Assembly: GCA_042572295.1 (NCBI GenBank)
Contig: JBHPFA010000001.1
Coordinates: 9,583-73,582 of the forward strand
Direction of reading: 5' to 3'
DNA length: 64,000 nucleotides
Origin: Nanobdellota archaeon
GTDB taxonomy: Archaea > Nanobdellota > Nanobdellia > Pacearchaeales > JAHJTO01
In this document: piece by piece, positions 18,757 through 27,669 of the stretch
Layout: the number at the start of each line of letters is the position of its first letter
Numbering within the stretch: the first letter of the stretch is position 1
Position numbers and translations under genes: made by a program
Notes under the pieces: model-generated
Databases searched by the model: none
What the model saw: the letters and a program-made list of their open reading frames with translations, nothing else
What the model was told of the DNA's origin: nothing

Positions 18757-19251
18757 TTATTCTTCGTCACATACACAATCGTGATCATCACGATACTCCC
18801 TTGTAAACTTCTTATTAAATTCCTCTTGCTCTTTAAGAGCTTTTTCGTGTTGCTTTGATAGTGTTTCAGGAATAGCTTTATTGTTCTTTTTTAAGTAGTT
18901 GTAGATAGCTTCTTTTATGCCCCCTTCTGCAAGTTCAGAACAGTGGTGTTTTGATTCTGGTAAGTCTTCTAAATAATCCACTATATCTTTTGTTGTTATT
19001 AAGATTGCTTCATCTAATGTCTTACCTATTGCTATTTCTGCAAGAACGTTTGCGGTTGCAATAGCAGCTGCACAACCCAAGGTCTCGAATTTAACATCTT
19101 TTAGTCTGTTGTCTTCAATTATGATGTAGATATCTGTGACGTCTCCACATAAGATGTTTCCAATTTTTCCATGGCCATCATATTTTTCGGGCTTGCCTAG
19201 GTGTGTTGGATTCTTGAAATTCTGCATTATCTTTTCTGAATATAAGCTCAT
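18757..19251 (-). CDS. IscU/NifU-like Fe-S cluster scaffold (second copy)
   Basis: NPTHLGK..CGD....LGCAAAIATANVLAEIAIGKTLDEA is the NifU N-domain pattern. Acidic Cys-containing tail. Confidence 0.75.
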   Translation of the reverse strand: MSLYSEKIMQNFKNPTHLGKPEKYDGHGKIGNILCGDVTDIYIIIEDNRLKDVKFETLGCAAAIATANVLAEIAIGKTLDEAILITTKDIVDYLEDLPESKHHCSELAEGGIKEAIYNYLKKNNKAIPETLSKQHEKALKEQEEFNKKFTREYRDDHDCVCDEE

Positions 19252-19451
19252 TTTGATTTCTCCATTGTGTCATTAATCTCTTTTACTAGTTTCTTGATAT
19301 CTATCCCATGTACTTTTGCACCATCTGCTAGAGATTCTTGCATTGCAAAAGGACAACCTACACATCCCATACCATATTCTGATAGAATTTCATGTGCTTT
19401 TGGGACTGACATTAATACTTCATTCATTGGTGTGTCTTTTGTTATTTTCAT
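19248..19451 (-). CDS. DUF1858-type redox-disulfide domain protein (hybrid-cluster-protein-associated)
   Basis: MKITKDTPMNEVL...YGMGCVGCP...GAKVHGID matches the DUF1858 pattern. The ATG at 19449-19451 overlaps the upstream stop as ATGA; the track start is 19469. Confidence 0.6.
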   Translation of the reverse strand: MKITKDTPMNEVLMSVPKAHEILSEYGMGCVGCPFAMQESLADGAKVHGIDIKKLVKEINDTMEKSK

Positions 19452-19777
19452 TTGCAGTACTCTCCACATATTTTACATGTAAATTTAGTCTCTTTTGAAA
19501 ACTCTAAGATTCTTGAGATCTCAGACATTCCTGTTGAGGATCCATTTTCTATATTTGAAGCAGAAATCTTGATCTCTTTCTTTATTTCTGTAGGAAGAGT
19601 GATTTCACAAGCACGTTTCTTGTTTAGATATTGAGAGATTGCTGATTTTGTTAAGCCTAACTTTAATCCTATCTCTTTTCCAGAAAGGTTCTTGCTCATA
19701 GCCTTAGCTAATTCTTTCCTTATTGTAGGAATTAAATAAACTAACTCTGCTTTTTGAGGTAAACATCCTATAGCCAT
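19448..19777 (-). CDS. HTH (XRE-like) regulator with C-terminal CxxC pairs
   Basis: GLTKSAISQYLNKKR helix-turn-helix. C-terminal TCKICGEYCK and N-terminal GCLP. First gene of the Fe-S cluster operon. Confidence 0.5.
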   Translation of the reverse strand: MAIGCLPQKAELVYLIPTIRKELAKAMSKNLSGKEIGLKLGLTKSAISQYLNKKRACEITLPTEIKKEIKISASNIENGSSTGMSEISRILEFSKETKFTCKICGEYCK

Positions 19778-19867
19778 ATTAGTTAACAGGTGTTAACATT
19801 TATAAAGCTTTCGTTCTAGATAGATAAATTAGAATAGATATTCTCTTTTTCTTTCAAAATAATCGTT

Positions 19868-20053
19868 TTACTCTTCTTTAGGAGCTTCTGCAGCTTCTGC
19901 TTCAGAATCTTCAACAAATTTCTTTATAGCTTCAAAGTTTTCTACAATTAACTTTGCTTTTCCTTTTCCGAAGCTAAAAGGGTATTTGTCTTCTGCATCC
20001 CTTTGCAAACGAATTATCTTATTTCCTTTGAATTCACTAAATTCTACTGTCAT
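19868..20053 (-). CDS. hypothetical small protein with acidic tail (61 aa)
   Basis: ORF with an AAGTTTAAAAAACC TATA about 25 nt upstream. Confidence 0.4.
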   Translation of the reverse strand: MTVEFSEFKGNKIIRLQRDAEDKYPFSFGKGKAKLIVENFEAIKKFVEDSEAEAAEAPKEE

Positions 20054-20186
20054 GTTTTTATTTAGGAAGAGGGTTTTTTAAACTTATTGGGCAATTATTC
20101 TTGACGAGCTTTTTTGACTATAGGACTCATAGGACTGTGATGGAATGATTATTCTTTAGTATAGAAGTTCTTTTTAATGCCTCTTC

Positions 20187-20642
20187 TTGAAGGTTATTAT
20201 GGAGCTTTATGATTTTAGGATAAGTTCTTGGGGTGTTGATACTGGATTGAATTTGGGCTTTGCATTAAAAACGAGAAGAGTGGAGATGACAGACGAGGCT
20301 TATAATCGTTTTCATGGGCATGCCAAGAAAAAGGTTGGTGATTTCGGGTTACATTTTGCAAGCAAGATGGATCAATATTATCATTTTGTTGAAAAAAGCT
20401 GGTTATTAAGAGCAATAACTGTGCCCGGAGATTGTTGTGGATTGCATCTTAGGAATCCTCCTATTGAAGATTATGATGGGGGCCTTAAATTTGTGATAAG
20501 GCCCATGTATTTCTGTGATTCTCCAAGATATGAAAGTAGGAATGTGGAACATATAGATCAAGCACATTGCCTTTTGTCTTTGTGGGGATCTTGGGTGAAG
20601 AGTGCAAGGGATCATCTAGGCATTGAGCAGAGACTTTTATAA
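20187..20642 (+). CDS. hypothetical protein (151 aa)
   Basis: Clean ORF with no motif recognised. Immediately upstream of thiI. Confidence 0.45.
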   Translation: MKVIMELYDFRISSWGVDTGLNLGFALKTRRVEMTDEAYNRFHGHAKKKVGDFGLHFASKMDQYYHFVEKSWLLRAITVPGDCCGLHLRNPPIEDYDGGLKFVIRPMYFCDSPRYESRNVEHIDQAHCLLSLWGSWVKSARDHLGIEQRLL

Positions 20643-20664
20643 ACAGTTGATATTGCCTATTTCT

Positions 20665-21816
20665 ATGGAATCTGTGTTAATTCATTATGGGGAAATTGCA
20701 TTAAAGAAAAAGAATAAGCCTTTGTTTGAGGGCAAGCTAGTCAAGAATATCAAAGATTCTGCTGATTTTCAAAAAGTTAAGTTAAAGAGTCTAAAGAAAG
20801 AAAGGACCTTTGTTTTTTGTGAGTTTGATTCTTCAAGAGAAGATGTAAAGAGGGTTTTAGATTGTGTTTTTGGAATAAAGTATTTCTGTTTTATTGAAGA
20901 AGTGGATAAAGATGAGAAGGTTATTGTTGAAAAAGTTAAAAGTATGCTTGAAGATGTTAAGAAGAGGGGAGAAAAATCTATTGCATTCAAAACAAAAAGG
21001 GCTGATAAGAGATTTCCTTTAAAATCTCCTGAATTAAATGCATTGTTTGGGGAGGAAGCTAACAAATTAGGATTGAAGGTTGATTATTCAAATGCTTTAA
21101 CGACTATTTTTGTTGAGATTGGAGAGAAAAGATGTTTTGTATATTTTGAAAAGATAAAAGGTCCTGGAGGATTGCCTGTTGGAAGTTCTGGAAAGGTTTT
21201 ATGCTTACTTTCAGGAGGAATTGATTCTCCTGTTGCTGCTCGCCAAATAATGAGAAGAGGATGCAGGGTTGAGTTTTTACATGTACATAATTTAAGGGAA
21301 GAAGAGGCGAAGAATTCAAAGATGATTGATGTTGTAAAGATCTTAGATAAATATCAGTTCAAGACTAAATTACATTTAGTGTCTTATACTAATTATGAAT
21401 TTTCTACAATGGAAAAAGTCTCTAATAATTATGATTTAGTGTTGTTTAAGCATTATTTATTGAAGTTGGCTGAAAGATTTGCTTTAAGGAAAGGCATTAG
21501 AGCCATTGTTACAGGGGATAATTTAGGACAAGTTGCTAGCCAGACTTTAGAAAACATAAGGGCGACAAGTTATTCTGTATCTGTTCCTATATTTAGGCCT
21601 TTGTTGACATATGATAAAGATGAGATTGTTGATTTGGCTAGAAAGATAGGAACTTATGAGTTAAGTATTAAGCAATATAAGGATTGTTGTAGTATTCTTG
21701 CTAAAAACCCTGAAGTGAACACCAAGTTAGAATATTTTAAGGAAGTTCTTGAAAAGATTGATGTTGATAAGATTGTTCAAGAGAGTATTCAAAAGGTAGT
21801 TAGTGTTTCTGCTTAG
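20665..21816 (+). CDS. thiI: tRNA 4-thiouridine synthase ThiI
   Basis: MESVLIHYGEIALKKKNK start, THUMP region, and LLSGGIDSPVAA PP-loop. Track start 20623 is TTG. Confidence 0.85.
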   Translation: MESVLIHYGEIALKKKNKPLFEGKLVKNIKDSADFQKVKLKSLKKERTFVFCEFDSSREDVKRVLDCVFGIKYFCFIEEVDKDEKVIVEKVKSMLEDVKKRGEKSIAFKTKRADKRFPLKSPELNALFGEEANKLGLKVDYSNALTTIFVEIGEKRCFVYFEKIKGPGGLPVGSSGKVLCLLSGGIDSPVAARQIMRRGCRVEFLHVHNLREEEAKNSKMIDVVKILDKYQFKTKLHLVSYTNYEFSTMEKVSNNYDLVLFKHYLLKLAERFALRKGIRAIVTGDNLGQVASQTLENIRATSYSVSVPIFRPLLTYDKDEIVDLARKIGTYELSIKQYKDCCSILAKNPEVNTKLEYFKEVLEKIDVDKIVQESIQKVVSVSA

Positions 21817-21858
21817 AAACATATAAAAGTTCTTAGAGGTTAATGTATTTAGTAAAAG

Positions 21859-22704
21859 ATGGTGAATATTATTAAATCAAATGGAGATATACAGAGATAT
21901 AATCCCCATAAACTAAAGAATTCTTTAATGAACGCTGGAGCAGATAAAAATACTGCTATGAAAATTTTAGGTAAGGTAGAGAGAATGATCTATAATAAGA
22001 TGACTACTAAAGAGCTGTTTAAGTTTGCATTTAAAGAATTTAGGCAAATGCATCCTTATATTGGTTTGAAATATGATTTGAGGAATGCTATAATGCGTTT
22101 GGGTCCTAAAGGATTTGCTTTTGAGAAGTTAGTTTCTATGATCTTGAAGAAGAAAGGTTTTGATGTTGAGATGAATAGGTATGTCAAAGGTAAGCATGTA
22201 ACTCATGAGATTGATATTACTGCTAAGAAAGGGGAAAGAGTCTTGATGGTTGAAGCAAAATATCATAATAAGCCTTGGATCTTTTCAAGTATTCAGACTG
22301 CCTTGTATGTTTATGCAAGGTTTTTAGATGTTCAATCGGAGTTTACAAGACCTATGATTGTTGTAAATACTAAATTTTCTAGACAATCTAAGCAGTATGC
22401 AAAAGGTGTCGGGATGTATTTGATGGGTTGGAAGTATCCTGAAGGGGATAGTCTTGAGCAGAATATTGAGAAGTTAGGTGTTTATCCAATAACAATGCTT
22501 AGATGTATAAACAGAGAGCAGACTCAGATGCTCTTGAAAAGCAAGGTTGTTTTGATTGAAACTCTTGCAAATAAAACTCCTAAAGAATTGGTTAAGTTAT
22601 TGCGTGTTTCTCATAAAAAGGCAGAGAAGATATTACATGATTCTAGAATCTGTGTCGGAGAGATTGGAGTAAAGAAGCTCTTGAAAGGTCGAAAGTCTAA
22701 GTAG
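21859..22704 (+). CDS. ATP-cone domain / Mrr-like PD-(D/E)xK restriction endonuclease
   Basis: N-terminal ATP-cone pattern (MVNIIKSNGDIQRYNPHKLKNSL). Mrr-cat core GFAFEKLVSMILKKKGFDV...HEIDITA...VLMVEAKY (D...EAK). Confidence 0.65.
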   Translation: MVNIIKSNGDIQRYNPHKLKNSLMNAGADKNTAMKILGKVERMIYNKMTTKELFKFAFKEFRQMHPYIGLKYDLRNAIMRLGPKGFAFEKLVSMILKKKGFDVEMNRYVKGKHVTHEIDITAKKGERVLMVEAKYHNKPWIFSSIQTALYVYARFLDVQSEFTRPMIVVNTKFSRQSKQYAKGVGMYLMGWKYPEGDSLEQNIEKLGVYPITMLRCINREQTQMLLKSKVVLIETLANKTPKELVKLLRVSHKKAEKILHDSRICVGEIGVKKLLKGRKSK

Positions 22705-22762
22705 TTGTCATATCATAGTGGTGACATACAGCAAGATTTAAATACTATTTGGAGCTGTTTCT

Positions 22763-22999
22763 TTGATGGAGAAAACAGGGAAAACTAAAGAATCTGCACT
22801 TGTGCATCTTCTTGACATGATCTATGTTCCTTCCTCTGTATTGAGGTGGACTCATAAGAAACATCTAGCAGGAGAGCTAGAACCAAAACCAGAGTATAAG
22901 GATTCTAAAGTCGCTGCAGTTTCAGCATATGGGGCTGCTACTTGTTTAGAAGCTATGAGATTATGTGTATATTATGAACTGTTTAATTTTGTTAAATAA
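22763..22999 (+). CDS. hypothetical protein (78 aa)
   Basis: ORF following the Mrr-like gene. No motif. Confidence 0.4.
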   Translation: MMEKTGKTKESALVHLLDMIYVPSSVLRWTHKKHLAGELEPKPEYKDSKVAAVSAYGAATCLEAMRLCVYYELFNFVK

Positions 23000-23017
23000 A
23001 AATAGTAGGGGAATAAA

Positions 23018-23683
23018 ATGAAGAAAAAGATGAAGTTCAAGAAGAAGAAAACTGATGGATTGACTGTGAAGCTTGCTGAACCGGATTTTAAAATAAATCA
23101 GACAGTTTATGTTCCAATGAAAAATAGAGTTCTTGAGGCAACAGTCTTAGCTTATGATGCTGGAATTGCTGAAAATGGTAAAGGTAAGGATTTGATAGGG
23201 GGAGTTTTTGGATACCAATTAAATAAATTTGTTATGTCTGGATATGGTATTGATAATCCTCTTTCTGGCAAGGTTCCTTTAGATATTTTATATTCAAATG
23301 AGAAAGAAGCTAAGGAAGCTTCAAGGTTTTTGAAAGTTGATTTAAGTGAAGATGATTGGAAATTAGCTATTGGAGATGATGGAGAGAATGATGAAACTTC
23401 TAAATATCATGTAAAAGAATCTGGTTTGAGTACTTGTTGCGCAAATATTGATGAAGCAAGAGAGGTTTTAGAATATTGTCAAGAGAAAAAAGGATTAATT
23501 GTTCATGAGAGAAATTATTTAGTAAAATTGTTAGCAGGGCATGATTTTGAGGAGGAAAAGAAAGGAATTCTAGGAGAAGTTCTTGATCAATTAGAGTTTT
23601 ATAAGATTTTTAAAGAAGAATCTAAAAAATCAAGGAAAGTTTTTGAAAAGGCAAGAAAAGATTTGAAAATAAGGTATGACTAA
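23018..23683 (+). CDS. hypothetical protein (221 aa)
   Basis: Clean ORF with AGGGGAATAAA upstream. No motif. Confidence 0.5.
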   Translation: MKKKMKFKKKKTDGLTVKLAEPDFKINQTVYVPMKNRVLEATVLAYDAGIAENGKGKDLIGGVFGYQLNKFVMSGYGIDNPLSGKVPLDILYSNEKEAKEASRFLKVDLSEDDWKLAIGDDGENDETSKYHVKESGLSTCCANIDEAREVLEYCQEKKGLIVHERNYLVKLLAGHDFEEEKKGILGEVLDQLEFYKIFKEESKKSRKVFEKARKDLKIRYD

Positions 23684-23939
23684 AATGGATGAAACTAAAT
23701 TTTTGGAACATTTAATTTATTTTTGTGGAGCGTCTACTGTTGCTTTTATAGGAACTGCTGTTCAGGCAGCAAGGCATATAAATAAGGAGAATGATAGAAT
23801 GTTTGAGGATTCTTTTTACAATAGGTTGCCTAAACCGATTAAAGACAATAATATTTACAAAGATGGTCTTGAAGCAACTCTTTCTAAAGAAGATGTTGCT
23901 AAGTTGGAGGGGTTAGAGTACCAACCTCTTAGGAGTTAA
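23676..23939 (+). CDS. hypothetical protein (87 aa)
   Basis: Overlaps the upstream gene by 8 nt. One hydrophobic segment. Confidence 0.45.
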   Translation: MTKMDETKFLEHLIYFCGASTVAFIGTAVQAARHINKENDRMFEDSFYNRLPKPIKDNNIYKDGLEATLSKEDVAKLEGLEYQPLRS

Positions 23940-23940
23940 G

Positions 23941-24552
23941 ATGATGCTTGGTCAAGATAAATATATGGAGGATGAAGAAGAATCTTTAGAGAATCTTTCA
24001 TTTCCAGAAAGAGTGTTTCCTAGAAAAAAGAAGACTGAAAGAGACACTTTAAACAGCAGAATTGTTGTTGTTAGTCCTTATGGTCAGCTAAATACTTATC
24101 TTAGTTCAGAAATTCCTAAAATTGTGCCTGGTGGAGACGTGGATGTAATTGATGAAGCTAAAAGCCATGCGAAACCTTATATTGATATACGTAAAAAAGA
24201 GAGCATTGCTCAAAAACCTCTTTGGATTATCGATTTTGGCAAGATTATGATCTATGATCCTACTTTAACTCAAAGAATATCTGGGAACTTAAAAAATGGT
24301 TCTTCAGTAGGAGTCAAGAAAGTGGCTTTCTTTGGAGACTATCGTTCATGGGCTAGGACAAATGATATTACTTGTTTAATCCCTAGACCAGATTTTTCTT
24401 TATATTTAGAAAGAAAAATCACTTACGATGATTATGGGAACTTTGAATCTTTTAAAGTGCCTATAAAAGGATATACTAAGGGAATTTCCTCAGATCTTGT
24501 TAATTTATCTAAAGACCGGACCAATAATCTGGAGCTGTTTACTAAATTATAA
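23941..24552 (+). CDS. hypothetical protein (203 aa)
   Basis: Start lies 2 nt after the upstream stop. No motif. Confidence 0.5.
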   Translation: MMLGQDKYMEDEEESLENLSFPERVFPRKKKTERDTLNSRIVVVSPYGQLNTYLSSEIPKIVPGGDVDVIDEAKSHAKPYIDIRKKESIAQKPLWIIDFGKIMIYDPTLTQRISGNLKNGSSVGVKKVAFFGDYRSWARTNDITCLIPRPDFSLYLERKITYDDYGNFESFKVPIKGYTKGISSDLVNLSKDRTNNLELFTKL

Positions 24553-24569
24553 ATTTAAGAAGGAATAAA

Positions 24570-25436
24570 ATGCCAAGAGAATATGATTTTGATCACTTGA
24601 AGAATATCGGTAAGCCTTTAGAAGTACATTATGAAAGGGGTGAGAGTATCAAAGAATTTAGAATGAGGGTTGCTGATGCTCATCTTTCATTACATGGTGA
24701 TTCAATAGCAGCTGCTGAGATTGCAGCAGGGAAATCTGATAAGAAATTTAGTAAAGGAGAGCAAATGTTGTCTCTTGCGTTGTGTGTTGCCCATAATAGG
24801 GATAAAGCTGCCAAGTTAAATGCAAAAGGAGATACTTATAGGGATATTAGCTGGAAAGGATTCCATAAAGTGGCTGAGGAAAAGAATTTTGAGAAGTGTT
24901 TTTCTTATAATTTTACTTATTATCCTGAATATGGTGGAGAAAAAGTTGAGGAATTTGTTGTATGGGCTCAAAAGGAAAAGGGTATGTTATTAACTGGAGA
25001 GAGTTATTTTGTATCTCCAAGTGAAAGAAGGGTTAATAGTGCAATGTTAAATTATGAATTGCTTATGCCTGCACCCTGGGATAAATTAGACAAGATTCAA
25101 GAATTAATACTCATAAATATGATGGGGAGAGGTTCAAGCTGTCCTACTGGATCTGGACTTGAGGATAATGGAAAGCCTATTTTTGATGATGACTTTACGA
25201 CTTATTGTAAGGATTTTGATTCTAGAGAAGGATTAGTTGAGCATCTTGATATGTTAGGAAGAGCAGAAGTTTGTGGATTTAAGACAGATAGTCCATGGAA
25301 ATTTTATGATGAACACTTTTTGTGGCTTTGTGATTCTGGTGAAAGTCAAGTAAAAAGACGTAACTATCGGGAAATTGCTAAAAAGAAGATTTCTCAGTTT
25401 CCAAAAGACGTTCGTGCCATGTTAGGCCTAAAATAG
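24570..25436 (+). CDS. hypothetical protein (288 aa)
   Basis: AGGAATAAAATG upstream. No motif. Last gene of the plus-strand ORFan operon. Confidence 0.5.
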   Translation: MPREYDFDHLKNIGKPLEVHYERGESIKEFRMRVADAHLSLHGDSIAAAEIAAGKSDKKFSKGEQMLSLALCVAHNRDKAAKLNAKGDTYRDISWKGFHKVAEEKNFEKCFSYNFTYYPEYGGEKVEEFVVWAQKEKGMLLTGESYFVSPSERRVNSAMLNYELLMPAPWDKLDKIQELILINMMGRGSSCPTGSGLEDNGKPIFDDDFTTYCKDFDSREGLVEHLDMLGRAEVCGFKTDSPWKFYDEHFLWLCDSGESQVKRRNYREIAKKKISQFPKDVRAMLGLK

Positions 25437-25702
25437 GTCCAAAAAAGCTTAAATAGTGGTATATACCCTATATACTAAGGTAATATATATTTCAAGTGCC
25501 CTATTATATATAAGATGAGGATAAGGAAAAGCTACCTTGAGCGTGAAGGCGATGCCGAGAAATCAGAAGATACTGATAATAAGCATTATGCTCCAGAGAA
25601 AGAAGAATATCAAAAAAGAGAGTCTTTTGACTTCTTTAGTAAGATTTAGTTGTTAGAATTAAGATGATTAATGAGATTTAGTGTTAACCCTCTACCAAGA
25701 TG

Positions 25703-25885
25703 TTATCTTTTTCTATCTGAAGAATTTTTGTCGTAGTAATCCTTCATTCTTTTTTCTTCAGCACTTAAACGAGAACTACCATCAGGGTTTGTAAGGGCTA
25801 TGCCATTATAGCCTGTTCTTAAACTACACCAATATTTATCACCGAAATGCTTTTCGATTCTGTCAAGTTCTTTATCTTTACTCAT
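25703..25885 (-). CDS. hypothetical small protein (60 aa)
   Basis: GAGGT sits 7 nt upstream. Last gene of the minus-strand ORFan operon. Confidence 0.4.
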   Translation of the reverse strand: MSKDKELDRIEKHFGDKYWCSLRTGYNGIALTNPDGSSRLSAEEKRMKDYYDKNSSDRKR

Positions 25886-25930
25886 TTTTTACCTCATTAA
25901 ATTGTCTTTCCATTTCTTATTCTTCTCATT

Positions 25931-26332
25931 TTATTCTACAGCTTCTCCTTCTTTTGTGTTCAGGTTATCTGCTGCGTGTTGGCAAGCCATGTAAAGGCCT
26001 GATCTAACTTCAAGGATAATTTCTTTTGCACCCTTATCTTTAGTTTTGCCTATCAACATTCCAGTTTCTTTGTATCCTTCAATCAAATTTCTGTATGCAT
26101 TAAATGCTTTAGAGTATTTTTCTATCCTGTATTCCGAAGGTTTTATGTGTCTCATACATTCTCCTAAACCAATAGCTTGTACAAAAGCATAAGAATTTGT
26201 GCTGTCTAATTGCTTCATCGTAGAATGTCCTATCTTATCAAGTGATTTTAGGGCTTTCTTTTCATCTTCTGCAAGAAGGTTTTTACCTAAATCTTTTACT
26301 AAATTTACTAAGCTTGTTATTTTTTTCTTCAT
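25931..26332 (-). CDS. hypothetical protein (133 aa)
   Basis: Clean ORF. No motif. Confidence 0.5.
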   Translation of the reverse strand: MKKKITSLVNLVKDLGKNLLAEDEKKALKSLDKIGHSTMKQLDSTNSYAFVQAIGLGECMRHIKPSEYRIEKYSKAFNAYRNLIEGYKETGMLIGKTKDKGAKEIILEVRSGLYMACQHAADNLNTKEGEAVE

Positions 26333-26341
26333 TTTATCTCC

Positions 26342-26608
26342 TCAATTTAAATAAATCTCTGGTTCTGTAAGCTCTACTATTCCACTATTCAAAGTTCTTG
26401 CTTCGATAGCAAGCTTCAAAAGATGTTTTTCAAGTCCTTTCTTGCCTTTCTTTTTCAAGTAAGGATCTTTCATTTTCTTCATTGCTTTTCTGTAGTTTTG
26501 AGAGATATTCTTATAAGCTACATTATCTGCTTCGCTTAGAAAATCACTATGAGAATTATCTGCATAGTTCCAACCTTCTTCAGATTCGAATTTGTTATAT
26601 TCTACCAT
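26342..26608 (-). CDS. hypothetical protein (88 aa)
   Basis: Clean ORF. No motif. Confidence 0.45.
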   Translation of the reverse strand: MVEYNKFESEEGWNYADNSHSDFLSEADNVAYKNISQNYRKAMKKMKDPYLKKKGKKGLEKHLLKLAIEARTLNSGIVELTEPEIYLN

Positions 26609-26753
26609 TTGGTTTGTCCTCCTTTCCTTCGGGTTTTCCTAAATATTTATCTGTAAGTTCCTTTAGCTTTTTCTTGTCAAAATCGTGTACATCATAATTT
26701 CTTCTAAGAGGATTATACTTTTTCATAAATTCTTCAATTTCATATGTACACAT
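26595..26753 (-). CDS. hypothetical small protein (52 aa)
   Basis: Not in the track. Translates MCTYEIEEFMKKYNPLRRNYDVHDFDKKKLKELTDKYLGKPEGKEDKPNGRI. Starts 1 nt after the upstream stop and overlaps the next start. Confidence 0.3.
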   Translation of the reverse strand: MCTYEIEEFMKKYNPLRRNYDVHDFDKKKLKELTDKYLGKPEGKEDKPNGRI

Positions 26754-26754
26754 T

Positions 26755-27591
26755 TTACATTTGTCTCCCTTCTTGTTCTATATTTTCTTGATAAGTAGTA
26801 CATCCACCATATTGTCTTTTGATTAGCCTATTCTTTTTCTGTTCATCAGATTGGACTACATGTTCCTTATAAAATAGGTCAGTTCCCTCTTCATCTTCAT
26901 CGCCTTCTTCTCTAAATCTTTCATATTCTGCAATTGACATTAAGGCTTTGATTGATCTGTAAGCGTTTTCACCAGCATAAGCTAGCATATCTGTATCATG
27001 CTTTGTTTCTCCGTCTTTTAACCAAAGCATATAGTCTACTGCGAGATCTTTTCCAAGTGGTTCTGTTAAGGATTCGTGAACGTCACAACCCTTGCTCTTA
27101 TAGAATTCTAATTTTTCCTTGGATAATCCTCCAATGAAACTATTTGATGTTCTTAGTAAGGCTTCTATGCCTGCACTTATGTCTCTTGTAGGTTGTCTTT
27201 TACCTAATTGTTCATAAGCAAAGTCTGTTACTTCTAAAGATCTTTGATTATATTCTTCCCTAGTCTTTAGTTCTTCATCAGTCATTTCTGCTATTTTTCT
27301 TTCATATACTGCAAATTCTAGTTCTTTTGCACCTGAGTTATGTCTCAATTCTCTAGCTTCTTCTATAAAAATTAAAAATGCGTCAGCTTTTTCTCTACTG
27401 TAAATTTTATTATCGAATTTAAGATCCTTGGAAGGAGTGTCTTCATCTTTAAAATCTCCATATTTATTTACAGAAGGTGTTTTTCCAGTATATTTACCAA
27501 TTACATCTTCTAACTTTATTGGTTTATAATTTCCGCAGTCATCACTAGAATCTTTTCCTTTCAGTCCATCCATGTAATCTTCATATCTCAT
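26755..27591 (-). CDS. hypothetical acidic protein (278 aa)
   Basis: Clean ORF. No motif. Confidence 0.5.
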   Translation of the reverse strand: MRYEDYMDGLKGKDSSDDCGNYKPIKLEDVIGKYTGKTPSVNKYGDFKDEDTPSKDLKFDNKIYSREKADAFLIFIEEARELRHNSGAKELEFAVYERKIAEMTDEELKTREEYNQRSLEVTDFAYEQLGKRQPTRDISAGIEALLRTSNSFIGGLSKEKLEFYKSKGCDVHESLTEPLGKDLAVDYMLWLKDGETKHDTDMLAYAGENAYRSIKALMSIAEYERFREEGDEDEEGTDLFYKEHVVQSDEQKKNRLIKRQYGGCTTYQENIEQEGRQM

Positions 27592-27669
27592 TTTTCTTAA
27601 TTATTATAGGTAGAACTAGTATTTAAACCTTGCTATCTGTTGTTACTGTAGGGTGGGTACAAGTGGGGA

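Noticed and set aside
25513-25647. 44-aa plus-strand ORF (MRIRKSYLEREGDAEK...) after a TTATATATAA box in the convergence zone
   Set aside because: Too short, with no motif. Kept only as a note inside the island finding.
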